A stretch of DNA of 64,000 nt from Hyphochytrium catenoides (lineage: Eukaryota; Protista; Hyphochytriomycota), in contig FLMG01000265.1 in assembly GCA_900088475.1 (NCBI GenBank), positions 124,001 through 188,000 on the forward strand, read 5' to 3'. Of this stretch, positions 41,717-54,245 are shown in pieces. The number at the start of each line of letters is the position of its first letter. Within the stretch, counting starts at the first letter, position 1. Position numbers and translations under genes: made by a program. The notes below the pieces were generated by a model. It was not told the DNA's origin. It made no database searches and saw only the letters and a program-made list of their open reading frames with translations.

Positions 41717-43573
41717 ACTCCCAAATGAAGTGGATGCACAGCTTGCCTCGACAGTTATGTTTTTAATTCATGGTCAACGACCTCTGCAGTCAGATCTCAC
41801 CCAATCAAGGTGCTAACTCTCTAAACTGGAGGGTGGCCGAGAATCGGGAGCAATAGTCTCAGGAGTCTCGAAGCTACAGCGCCACACTATTAGCCTCATA
41901 GTCTCAAGCCTGAACTCAAGATACTCTGAAAGCTTCGGAGAGTCTGACTTGGTCCTGGGCCTTATAATCAGTCAGTCCACGCTGTGGCTCGAGCCGGGAC
42001 GGCATGACAACATTGTTCTTGCAAATGCCTTTACATGGACCGGACTGTAAACGGAACCTCAACTACAGCACGAGTGATGTCCTTTCAATACGTGACGTTA
42101 GCAGCTCCATTCCATACTTTCCTAGACTTTGTCACAAGGATTCATCAAGGATAAGCTTCGGTTTGTCTCCTCTCACGTGCTTGCAGCTTTCGTTGCCGCT
42201 CTTTTGAGGTGAAGCGCTGCTGGATAAGGCCCAGTCCTCTGTATTGTTATTTGCTTCGGTGCTATCTTCGCCTTCATTTCCTTTGGCCCTTTCTGGCTGC
42301 GTCTGAGGACCGGAAGTGCCATAAGTATCTGGGGGCTTGCAATGCCCACCTGATCGATTTCCTTACTTTGGTTTGGGAGTCTTTGGTGGACGGTCGGCCA
42401 CTTGGCGGGCCCGTCAATACTATTTGCGCAGCCAAGCCCATCGAACTTTCGCAGTTGAACGCGTTTGATTAGGCAAGTGCCCCTGGCTCTACTCGAGGAG
42501 GCGGCCCGAATGATCGTTTCCCGTTGGCCTCATCTGCGCCCTTTGTTGCTGCTTTACACTCTTCTCCGCTCTCTTCTTCCCCCTCCTCTTTTCTTTCTTC
42601 TCCTCCTTCTCAAGCTACGGCCGTCCCTGCTTCTATAATTTCTCCTGTTGTCATTCGATCGAAGAATCAGGATTTATTTTCTCTCTCGCATTACTGGTGA
42701 GGAAGATGAATTCCTCGCTTCGTCGATGTCCCGGCAGCACCCGCCTCCTGTTGATTCTCCACGACCGCCCTTAGGGGCCGGGTGATTGAGCTCACTGATG
42801 CTTCCTTCTTCTCTTTTTCCTTCTCGCGTATTAGTTTTCTCTCTTTTCCTCTTCTTTTCGTAGCACTCACTTCATATCTTCTTCTTAATGGTTCACAAAC
42901 AGTAGTCTACTAGTAAGGCCTTAGCTAGTCAGTCACTCACCTTCCTTCTTGGGTTCTAAAAGAGAAACTAGAGAATAATACAAGTAGTTGCCATGATCCA
43001 AAAGTCAACCTGTCTACCTCATCATACGGCGGACGTTGTTGCCGTCATGAAACACCTAGAACTAGAACCTTCAGCAGTAGGAAGCGCGCTGTTGTTCAGG
43101 CTCAGAGTCGGTCCTTAAGCCTGCCTTTAGTGTAGAAGACCTTCCGTGGCCCTACTGATGATATCCATCGCAAGAGCTGATAGTGGATTAAGGCGACCTA
43201 CGAGATATGCTGGAAGACAGTTATCTGTTTGCCTTCCCTTTTTGGTCTTGCTCTACCCTCCTGTCTCCATTCACCTTCAAAGCTCTGTTGCTATGGATAG
43301 TGGCGTCCAGAATGCGTTTGCTGAACGGGTTCGGATTGGCAGTTCAGCGCCACAGCCAGGGGCGGTCCACGGGAGAGTCTACATTCGGGATAGGAAAGAC
43401 AGAGTTCGTCTTCTTATGTTCTCCACTCTAACCTCGTACAAAAAGATAACAGTAACATAGTGGCAGGATGATGTACAGCTGTGATGTGATGATGTATTTC
43501 CTTGTGCACTTGTAAGTGGCCAAAGCGGCTTCGTCAAGCTGGAAGTACAGTTGATAGATGCTGCTCGTTTATT

Positions 43574-45563
43574 TTACAATGCTGTCCCGCGTTCCAGGTT
43601 CTGACGAATCTCGACTGTGTATTTGTCGAATGCTCGAGCGATCTTCTTGTTGAAGTGCTTGTTTCGGTCGTTGATATAGTCCACGTCCTTATCTTCATAA
43701 TCCTGTCTTCTACGACTGAACTTCTTTCGCTTTTCCGCTTGTAGCTTCAATTCCTCCACTAGCCTATCCTTCGCATCCTGCATAAAGAATTTTAGCGGTG
43801 CTACGGCACAAATAGGGGATGGGAAGCAATTATAGTCCCCTTACCTCGGGCACAACATCATGTCTACCATAATCCATGTCGTCGGCAGTAGGGTATAAAT
43901 TTGTGCCTTCAGAAGCTTGTTTCGCGGTTTCTGGGTTTGTTGGAAGGTTGCCCAGGCGTTTCTTGTAGCCCTTGTATAATGATTCCTGGTTGAAGACTTC
44001 CCAGCCGAATGCTGCTTTCTTCTTATCCTTCTGCTTCTGCTTGTTTACCTTACGCTCGGAAACCTCCGCTACGGAGCAAAATGTTAGGAAAGGTGTGCCC
44101 TCCTACTTCCCTTGCCAACCGCTTACCAGTCTCCAGCAGATAGGCTTTATCTTCAGTTAGTCCAGTAGTGGTTAGTTCATTCTGCCACTTTGCCTGCAGC
44201 AGGCAGCGATATAAACAACAGCAGAAGCTCAGAAGGGTGACATCAGAGGTATCGGGAACCACCATACCTTCTTTTCTTTCCAATCTTCATGTTTGCCCTT
44301 TCCTCCAGAAGTCAGTCTTTTGTGCTCTTCCTTCACCTCCTGAGAATGCAAGAACGTCAAGACCCTACTACCACGAACACGCAGTAGATATTGGTATACC
44401 TTCATATTTGACTTCCTGGCCTTATTCAGCCGCATTCTTAGCTGGAACAACTTCCTTTGAGTGGGCGTCATGTTGTCGATAGCTTCAGGCGTTGCTTGCT
44501 CGTCTTCCTCTTCTGATTCCGCCTCCTGAACACAGAGCGAATTAGTAGAATTGATAAAATATCATACTGTTTGTCCAGCTGGTGCAAGGCGACTTACTTT
44601 ATTCTTTTTACCAAGTCTTGGGCTCGCCGGCTTCCAGGTCCCATCTCTTTCTTGATCGGGTCCTTGGGCATCTTCAGCCTGCTGGTTCGTCTCACCTTCT
44701 TTGGTGGCGGGTTTGTCCTCCACTTCAACTCCTAGTTGCCCACAATCAGCCACTTTGACTGGCACACGGGGCTGCGTCAAGAAGTTAGCAACTTTGGCTT
44801 GGAAATGAGAAGAGACGCTAGGCTACCTTGTCCTTGCTATCCGTCGAAACGGCTTCCATCATTCGGACCACGTTCATTCCTTCGACAACCCTACCGAAGA
44901 CTACATGCTTTCTTGAAGAAGATTGCGAGCTCAGTTGAGAATCAAGATAGATAAATCGTCAATGTGCCTACCCGTTCAGATGGGCGGCCGGTTTAAATAA
45001 AATGAAAAATTGAGAGGCATTAGTGTTTGGTCCAGCATTTGCCATTGATAAGAGGCCTGGTTCGTTGTGACTCCGAAGAAAGTTCTCATCTACTCGACAT
45101 CAGAATTCAGCAGTCAAGGGGACGTTCACTGGGTCCGGTATGACGGGAACTACCTGCAAAGCGCTCGCCATAAATAGACTCCCCACCAGTCCCATTGTGG
45201 CGAGTGAAGTCTCCTCCTTGCGCCATAAAATTGGGAATAATACGATGGAATGTGGAATCCTGTTGATAGCAGCGTTACCGCTAAGCTCAGTCATGAACAC
45301 AAAGGAGATGGACTCATATGTTGGTGATCACCTTGTAATGTAATTTCGTCCCTGAGAGAGGACTAACTCCTCGTTCGCCGGTACATAATGCTCGAAAGTT
45401 TTCTGCTGTCCTAGGGTTGGTGTCCGTAAAAAGCTCAATAACAATCCTACCGGCTTTGAGAAGAATCTTTAGACTTCAGCTTCGGCACACCTTTCTCATT
45501 TCCTTTACCTAATCGAGAACCGATTTGAATGTCCATGTAGCATCTAGGTAAATCTGTCGACAT
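43574..45563 (-). CDS. SYF2: Cyclophilin-type PPIase fused to SYF2 splicing factor domain
   Basis: N-terminal [90 protein letters not shown]; acidic linker; then SYF2 ([49 protein letters not shown]). Confidence 0.9.
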
Positions 45564-46244
45564 GGTAGCTGGCTCTGTAAGATGCTCTTGTCGCCTCGAT
45601 GTACGAAAGAAACAAGACCCGGACAGTGTCGATCAGCTCCTTTCCAGAGATTGCTTCAAGCGAAAGTCCGCACCGCAGCTATAAGCCGACCAAGATAAAT
45701 CAAATCTTCAGCTCCTTCTTCAAAGCATCGTTAGCAAGGATCCTAGTAGTAAGTGAATCACCTCATGAGTCCTACATAGAGTCTTGAGCCTCTTAGCGCA
45801 GGAAGCTTTGTGTATGGAGTCTGGAGTGATCTCAACTAAAGGGCTTTGTACCTCGTACGCTGGGGCTGCAGTACATAACCTGTAGTTCTGCGTTTCTCCT
45901 GGGGTGGACCTGGCAAACCCTACAATGCTAACTACTTTTTAGAAATGGCTTTGATGAAGTGAGGAGTAGAAAGTAGAGTTCTAGTACGAGTAGTTCCTAG
46001 CGTTGTAGCGGTTGACGAAGTGCACCTCTCAACTTTTACACAGTGAATAAGATCATAAGCTTCAAAAAGAGAGCCGCGAACTACTCTTATTGCCAACAAA
46101 CTAAATGGCGAAGTCAAGGACAAGCAAGACCCTAGTACCAACAGAGGTCTTCACTTCAGATTGAAGGATATACATATGCTAGGTACGATTAGTGAGAACA
46201 GGACTTATGGTCCCCAACACTAGCTCACTCCTCTGCCGCTCCCT

Positions 46245-47091
46245 TTACTGTCCCAAACCCTTTCTAATCTGGCCGGTGACAGAGTCTTTCTTAGTATCAG
46301 CATTCACATCCACAAGCTTTCCTTTCCGCTTGTAATACTGAATGACAGGTTCAGTTTCAGCATGGAAAGCGTTCAGTCTAGTCTTTAAAGTGTTTTCATT
46401 GTCATCCTTTCTCTGGATAAGAGGCTCGCCCGTGATATCATCCCTCATGTCAACCTTGGGTGGATTGAACTTCACATGATAGCTTCGGCCACTTGCAGGA
46501 TGAACACGTCGACCAGCGATACGTTCTACAAGCAGACTATCTGGGATGTTGAAGTTGATAACTGCGTCAATATCCGTTCCCCCGGAGGCAAGCATTTCGT
46601 CCAACTGTATAGAGCAAACTATCAGCATAGGCCTAACCTTAGGGTGGAAGTCCTTTCTCACCTTTTGCGCCTGGACAACTGTTCGCGGAAAGCCGTCCAG
46701 AATGAAGCCCTTTGAGCATTGCGGTTGCTTGATTGCGTCACGGATGATGCCGACAACAATCTCGTCCGAAACTAGCTCCCCTGCCTCCATCTTTGCCTTG
46801 GCTTTCATTCCCATGTCGGTGCCAGCCTTAACAGCTGCTCGCAACATGTCTCCAGTAGCCAGATGACAGAGGCAGTACTCATCTTTGATAATGGGAGCTT
46901 GAGTGCCCTTCCCGCATCCAGGAGGACCTATCAAACAGTTGTCAGCAAGCAAGGAAGGTGGAGGTAATCATCTTTAGTCATCAGCTACCAATGAAAACAG
47001 TCCTCTTCTCGGGTTTGCTGAGGCACTTCAGTCGCCTCTGGATTTCTGTAAGGAGGTCTTCATTGGTGAAGTTTGCCAACGCCTCTGCCAT
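46245..47091 (-). CDS. ADK: Adenylate kinase (AK2/ADK1-type, long LID)
   Basis: First exon [34 protein letters not shown] spliced to P-loop [10 protein letters not shown]; HLATGDMLR; [10 protein letters not shown]; [16 protein letters not shown]; QRKDDN. Confidence 0.95.
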
Positions 47092-48439
47092 TGTGTGGAT
47101 AAAAGCAATCCGTTGCTGGAGGCAGATGTCACCGGATGAGTCAATCTCTGCTCTGAATCGAGAAGCGCATGCGTACTTACAGCCAACTCTCTGCTAATTT
47201 GGAGCTCCGAATCTTGAAGAGTGATTCCTGGTGTGATATTCGCGTTATGATAGCTCTATTCACAAGAGGTCCAGTCAGTTCTTCCACTTCCGTCGTCTTT
47301 CGGAGAAGAAGTGCTTCAAGGATGAACCATGAACGACACCAAGCCGCTTCAAGCCACAAATAACAGCGGTCATGGAATCCCTGGTTATTATTATTGCTAT
47401 TTGTAGAAAGGAGGTGTAGTTCACAAACAACCACTATTTGTTAACCACTGAAACTCAGATAACCTGGCCAACTACTGCTGTTATGCAGTCAAGTATCTTC
47501 TTGGACATTGACGTAGCCTGCAGAGATGCCTTTCAATGCTTTTGATACAAGATACGTAAGCTGCCCTTGCTATGTGGTCCTTGGTCGGGGATAAAAAGGG
47601 GTTTACAGTGAAGCCCTATATAGATCTGGGTGGGTAACTACCGTGTTGGTCAATGGCTGCTTTTATTGGTATTGTTTGCTCGTTCTACTCGTACGTAGCT
47701 GGCTGTTTGTGGTGTGGACGTGTGGACTGGAAGTTACTACTGACCTCCTCCAGGACTCCCGCCGTCCAAGAGTTAACGGAGCTTCTTCTGTAAGAAGATT
47801 TTCACTAGCTGCTGCTGCTGCCCCTCTTGTCATCAAAGGCAAATGATGACGAGTGGCTCTTCCAGGACAAGAGAAGAGATTCCACCTCTCAAGGCCCAAT
47901 TAGATATCCCACAGCTAGACAACATGCAGGAACTAGAATATCTATATCTTGAACTGAGGTCTTGATAGTGCCACCTCAGTAATGCAAAGACGCTTCCTAT
48001 AGATAGACTATTCTCCCCGACTGCGTTAGATCAAAACGACGTAGCTGGAGATGGGTCTTTGATGACGGTCAGTCATCAGCCAGAAGGAGGACGCTTCCAA
48101 AAATTTTGATTGGTGAGGCTATAGCTGGTGAGGATAGGATCACCTACTAGCTGCCGCACTGCCCACTAGGCAATGGCGAATTAGTGTCTACCTACCTAGT
48201 CGAAGAATGTTCCAATGGAGGTGAGAGTCCAAGCCGCAAATACTTCCGTGGCGGCGGCAAGTGGTGTAAGGGATTAAACTTACGAGGATTATTAACATAG
48301 GTGATTGGAGTAGCCTGACAGAAAAGGCAGCGTAGTATGGTGGGAGAGATTCCACAATGGCAGCTCTCTTACAGGGACATATACGGGAAGTGCATAAAGT
48401 GCAGTGAAAGGCGAAGGACAGCTAGGCATCTGCTTGCTG

Positions 48440-51283
48440 CTATAAAAGCAGTAATCTCCTTCCAGATTCATATGGGACCAATGCAGAGGAATGTGCCATT
48501 GCAACCTCTGCATGGTGGGGGCTGTCGTCTGCATTCCTCACCGTTATCTTTGGATCCTGTAGCAATAGGGGCCTACCTTAGTTTTCGCATTTTGTCCTTC
48601 CGTTTACGTTCTTACGTAGGTCGGAACACTTACCATAGATGCACCAAGCCTAATCCGATAGAGCTCTTGGTATAGCGCTTCAACCTCCGATCTTCGCCTC
48701 TTCTCCCAATAGGCGTTAAGAGTATTGAGTGCACGCTCTTTTTCGCTTTCGAGGTTGTTTCGTAGCTGTTCAAGCCGCGCACTGAACTCCTCCGCTTTTC
48801 TACGCGCAAGGATGTTCATGGAGAGTTCGAAGTGCTGCTCAAAATCCTTTTCCAACTTTTGACGTTGCTCTTCATTTGATAACTCGATTCTGAGGGCACA
48901 GCTTGCTTCTGTATCTCTTACCGCTTGCCAAGCCTTGATTGGTTACACAGCAGACACTTAGAACTAATTACCTGATCTTAAGTCTTCCAACAATGATCAA
49001 AAGCTGACCTTTTGCAATTCTTCCCTTTGGTGGCGTAGCTGGGACTCGTTGTGGCTTAGGCAAAGCCTGGCCTGCTCCAGCTCTTTTCGCATGTCATAAG
49101 CTCTCCAACTCACCGCTTGCGTATCTTCGCAAGCCATGAAGTACAGTTCTGAGAGCTGGCGGAGTCTGAGATTTAATGATCTGGTTGCAGGGCATCGTAT
49201 GCTTAGGATTTCACAAATAAAGGAATATGAAGCAGACAAATCCTTCCATACCGCTCGGTCTCGCGATTGCTGTATGCTGTCTGAGGGTCGTCGTTACGGA
49301 GGTCTTGTAGGCGAAGCTGTACGTGTTCCTCTACTTGCTCATGTAGTCTCCATTCGTACGCTTCGATCAGTTGGATGAGTGCCACTTCTTTGTCTTCCGT
49401 AAGAGCACGCGTTCGTTCAGCCAGATAAGACAGCGCTTGGTTAACATATGACTCCAGAAACTTCTGACTGTTACCATCAAACTTAGCCCCCTGAGTTATC
49501 AGAAGCCTTGTGACGGTTGTCACATGATTGCTCAGATCTTTGTCCGTGACTCTGGACCAGCGGACAGTTTCAAGGTCATCTTCAAAAGTAGAATTCCCTT
49601 TTGGTCCCATCGCTTCCTTGCGATCACCCTCTTTAACATTGGTTGTGGCCAGTGCGGGAGGAGAAGGGGCGTGCTTTGATCCCTTCGATATTGACGACGT
49701 GGACCGTTCTGTGACCGCGTAGTTGAGGGCCGTGAGCCATAGAGCGACCTCTCGAAGCTTATTTATATCATCACAGCTCCTTAGAAAAATGGTCAGCGAC
49801 CGCGCTTGTGCTTCGTTGAGAAGGACAACCCTATTGTGGGCGCCATCGTCGTTGTTGTTACCTTCACGTGAGGGTGTTGTCAACGATCTGGCTCGAACAT
49901 CGTGCAGTTGTCGTAGCAGACTCTGGACTCTTTGCTACAAGTGAAAGCTGTTAAGACCACCAAATCCCTCTGCATGCCTCGTGACCGTCCTTACCTCTTG
50001 TTCAGCCACTTCTTCACGTCGAAGCCGTTGGATACGGTCTAGCTCAGCCTGATACTGCGCTATCCTTTGTTCGGCCTCCCTTTTACTCTCAATGCTACCG
50101 TTATCTTCTAGGGCTGAAGCGCGCTTTTGAGTACTGATTACCGGTTCCGACAGTCTGTTTAACCTATCCTCACCTCTTACTTCATCTCTGGCAAGGGCCA
50201 AACAGCTCTGGAGCTTTTCAAACTCAATCTTTCGTAACTCCTGTTCCGCGACAGCATCGTCATAGCCTCTCTTGAGCGTGCCATACAGCTCTTTGATTTC
50301 AGTAAAACGCCTCTCAGCGTCCGCTCTCGCTTTCTGCTCGATAGAAAGCTCCTCCTCCAACGCGCCTCTAGCCTGGCGAAAGATGTCAGCGGAAGTACCA
50401 ATAACAAGTTTAGATGCCTACCTACCTCGGAACACTCCTGAATCTGTTGTCGGAAAATGACCTCTTGAGCTCTATGGCTCAATTCTGCAGATGCTGCTCT
50501 TCTCTCCATCACCGAACGCAGAACTTCCTTCTGTTCTACCAAGAGCTCAAGCTTCTGTACTTTGTGAGCTAACGCTTCAATTCTGTTTCCCATCTTCACT
50601 TTGACATCTTCCATGCGCCGCTGGCAGTCATTTGCTAAGGCCTCTTTCTCTCTGAGCTCCTTTCTCAAAGTGTCTATTTCTGCCCGCGCCCTGGCGAGTT
50701 TCTCCCTTCGAAGAAGTGAAAGAGAAATCGAGGATCGACCCTGACAGTCTGCGACCGCTCTGCTGGAGGCAAGCACGGCTTTTACTTCTTTTAGTGTCGA
50801 AGACGCTTGGACTTCTTTCAGAATCTGCAAAATTGCGGTTTCGAGGAGCTCGGCTTTCTCTTTCCACAGAACAACCTGATTGGTAAGGTCAACCGCTTCT
50901 TGTTGGCGACCATTCGCAAGTTTGTTAAGAGCCTGATTCTTCAATTGCTCGTGTTTGAGGTTCAGGTTGGCTTCGTGAAGCTTCCAGGTCAAAGATGATA
51001 GGGCCTGTTTGAGGGACGATTCGTCATCTTCTGCTTGCCCATAATCGTAGTATAAGTCGCACGCTATGGGTACATCAACAGAGTCGATAGAGGAGGGACC
51101 TTCATCCGCAGTCACGGCTTCAGCTGGCGTGAAGCACCATGGGGACAGATGTTCGTCTCCGGCTACGCCATCTTGTGTACTCAACTGTCGTTTTTGTGTC
51201 TCTTCAGCTCGTAATTGGGATCTAAGTCTAGGAGTGCATGGTGTATCATCCACCAAATCGGGTTCAGCGTTATCAAAGAGCAT
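48440..51283 (-). CDS. Long coiled-coil protein of unknown function, multi-exon
   Basis: Successive minus-strand E/K/R/Q/L-rich heptad ORFs (50177-51508, 49935-50360, 49203-49883, 48604-48855) linked by GT-AG introns. Both the start (ATG 51283) and the 3' end are uncertain. Confidence 0.6.
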
Positions 51284-51868
51284 TCTTTCGTCTGGATAGT
51301 CCTTGCTTGTGGAATCACACGCTGGAATATAGTCGATTAGAAGTCTGCAGCACTTCCAAAAGGAAGGCGGTCCTGGCAGCCAGGCGCTCTGCAAAAATGC
51401 AACAAAGTGTGCCAATTGGACAGCGCAATCAGCGTGTGAACTCTTTCTCAGCGTGGATGGCTTCTCCCAATCCCTGGACCTTTCCGAGCACCAAGGACCA
51501 AGAACCATCTGCAGCGCGTTTGACTTTTAACTGTTCGCGCCAAACAACAGGAAATTTCGGAGGTCAGAGAGCCAAACATTGGAAACTTATCTTGTGAACG
51601 ATCATCACACACTAGATTCTATGGATTCTTAGTTCTGTTTGTGTGGTTGGCGAAGCTTTCCTCTTGTTCTTTTCATATTGTTGCTGGTAGTTTTCAGAAC
51701 CGAATGAGATTAGACGACAGCACTTATACAGCTGCCACCCCATCCATCAAGAGAGACAGTAACAGCAGCAGAGAACTTCAAACGACTTGTGAACCATCAA
51801 CAGACGACAGCTGTACTCTTCTCTACTTCCTGGTCCTCCTGACTTCATGTCACGATCGGCTATGCCCC

Positions 51869-53212
51869 ATGAGCGTTATGGTCCCCAATCGGCTGAGAGA
51901 CCCCTCTTCGTCGCCCTCGTCGCCGTACAGTACCTCACCAACCGTTGAGCTCAAAGCTGTCCACGCGCAAACAGTCCACCAACAAACTGATGCTAAACTT
52001 ACACCTACGAGCGAGGAACTTGCCTTACTGTCCTATGAGTTTCATATCCGGAACGGGAGTGAACTTCTGGCCTCAGCAGAGGCATTCCTCAGCTGCTACG
52101 ATGAAGAAATGCTCCAAGAACATGTGAAGACCATTGATAGCAGAGTCGGAGTTGAATTTAACATCATCAGGGACTATCGAGACCTTGTGACGCTTGGACG
52201 ATTCGCAGACCGGGTGTTAACAGACATTAACTTTCCCAAGCGTTCCTTCAAGAGGATCAGGTCAACTAGCAGGGAGTATAACAAACCAGTTCATGCTCTT
52301 CTAGAGTATCTGAATGCGGCTGCAACTGGACTGATCAGCTTCGTAAAGCTCACTGAGACAAAGGACCGTCTTCTCAACACGAATGAGAGATCCCTGAACG
52401 CTTGGAAGGTAAGATATGAATATTTGCTTCTTCTTCAGCTTGGGCCTGATGCCATTTGAAGGTTATCGCTCGCTTTTTCTACCTTCAGAGCTCTCCATAT
52501 GGGCACAGATGTGCTGCAACACCTGCAAATGAACGAAGGCAGACTGCGAAAAGGCTCAACCAGCACTTCACCAGTCGAGTAGACGCCCAAACTCTATTGC
52601 ACTTCACTTTTTCCGCCTTACCAGCTCCCTTAGACTCATATTGGTTTGTAGAGCCTTCAGCAGGAGAAGGTGACATTTTCTCTCTGCTACCCGCCGAACG
52701 AAGAACAGGCGTGGAGATTGATGAACGACTCCGTGAGGTTGTGCCCCCGACGTTCGGGTATATTTACGGGGACTTTCTGCAGCAAAGTTTAGAGTCTCTG
52801 GGGCTTTCCGACCATAGCCCCGCCAATATTGTCGTTATTGGGAACCCCCCATATAGATTGCCGCATGAAGAGAGAGCGTGTGGGCCTAGAGAGCAAATGG
52901 GCTCATGTCGGGATCTCCCCACAGCTTTCATTATCCACGGTCTCACATTTGCTGATACGGTCTCCTTTCTCTTGCCAATTAGATACAAAAAGCAGGAACT
53001 GCTTGATAGCATTCACGATGAGATCCTTGCCTCCATTCATTTAAAGGTAGAGTTCTCTACTTTAGATATACCGCAGGCTGTTTTTAGCTTTAATGGAAAA
53101 CCGGTGAGGAAGCCCTCAGTGATCCTGATGGTGCGCTTATCCTCACCCCGACCATAGCAGACTATACCATACCTAACTTATGCTGGACCCGTCTTTCCAC
53201 CAGGTCTGTTAA
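51869..53212 (+). CDS. Putative amino (N6-adenine-type) SAM-dependent methyltransferase with an uncharacterised N-terminal domain, 3 exons, ~396 aa
   Basis: Exons 51869-52408, 52489-53130 and 53204-53212 splice in frame. Motifs: X-like QHFT, I FVEPSAGEGDIF (~52645-52680), II GVEID, III GDFL, IV VVIGNPPY (~52831-52854), VI TVSFLLP. Confidence 0.7.
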
Positions 53213-54051
53213 TCAGTTCTCCGGCCCAATGGTCCGTTTACTCGCAGCAATACCTCTTGCCATTACTTCTATCGATGGCGTCTGCGTAAGCATGACGCCC
53301 GATCCTATAGTCTTCACTTACATGCACCAGATCTCTTGTCAATACACTTTTGTGACGCTTGCATAATCGTGAGGCCCCACCCTCTGTTACTACTCTGTAT
53401 ATCAATTAGGGCTGCACAATTTGATTGCTGTTATGAGTATGAAGCAATTGGGATATGCCCAGCCACCTTTGGCGAACGGCGAGGACGCAAGAATCTCAGA
53501 GTGATCATCGGATGTCACAAAAGTTAGTCTGAGCCGCAAAAAAAAAAGCGTGCAGGGATATATGAGGCAGAGGCACCCAATAACCCTAGACTCTCTCTGG
53601 AAAGTGAAAAGACAGTTCCACGTACTGCGTCTAGACTGAGTGTAGGGCCGACTAGTTACATCCATAACTTGGCTTTCTCTACAATCCTTATTATTAGGAA
53701 AGGATAACCACCGAAGAGCAACAAGGAAGAAGAAGCACAGATCGCCTGGTGATGAGCGGCAGAGTTATTCTTGGCTTGTGAAGGTGATGGAGATTTGTGC
53801 GTGCTTCTCTCAACTAAGGAATAAAGAAAGGACAATAGTCCTGTTGAACTATCATGCCTGCAATCCCCTTCCCTCCCTCCTTCTGTCTTCCCTTTGACTG
53901 GTTGAACTCAAAGCGTCAGTCAACTTCACAACCCGCTCATATTACTAGGGTACAGCAATGGACATATCCCGGTAAGCCCCTTGAGACGCTTTAAACTTAT
54001 CACTCATTACTACTTCAGAAAGGTAATGGACTTAAATGTTAACCGTGGGAT

Positions 54052-54087
54052 CTGATTGGCCCACAACGGCAGCTTCCGGCCAATCAG
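54052..54087. promoter_or_regulatory. Inverted pair of CCAAT (NF-Y-type) boxes forming a perfect 10-bp inverted repeat
   Basis: CTGATTGGCC (54052-54061), 16-nt spacer, GGCCAATCAG (54078-54087). Confidence 0.5.
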
Positions 54088-54216
54088 GAGCAATGAAGCA
54101 GGTCTCTATAGATTACATTAGGAGGAGTGGGTGGGCAAGCTTGGACGTGAAGCTTGAGAATGGCTGTTCTGGTGTGGCTCTCCAAGCCTAAGATCGCCTA
54201 AGCGCCGGTTCTAGAA

Positions 54217-54245
54217 GGGGCTGGGCTGGGCTTGGCTGGGCGGGC
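54217..54245 (+). repeat. GGGCT-type G-tract repeat with GC box; potential G-quadruplex
   Basis: GGGGctGGGctGGGcttggctGGGcGGGc has five G3+ tracts with loops of 1-7 nt. Confidence 0.5.

Noticed and set aside
43140-43220. CTGATGA followed by a hairpin (hammerhead-like)
   Set aside because: The stem is followed by TAAG rather than the required GAAA, and no stems I/III were found.
41750-43500. Short ORFs and CT-rich tracts between the HERC-like and SYF2 genes
   Set aside because: No recognisable protein or repeat unit; consistent with UTR or promoter sequence.
45330-45370. Apparent frameshift in the cyclophilin GTKLHYK segment
   Set aside because: Re-reading gives TCA GGG ACG AAA TTA CAT TAC AAG, so the frame is intact.
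45600-46200. Possible small spliced minus-strand ORF between the cyclophilin and adenylate kinase genes
   Set aside because: No start codon or consistent frame could be supported; it may be UTR.
51600-53700. Methyltransferase as part of a restriction-modification locus, provirus or transposon
   Set aside because: No nuclease, integrase, capsid gene, terminal repeats or obvious compositional shift; the gene has host-type introns.
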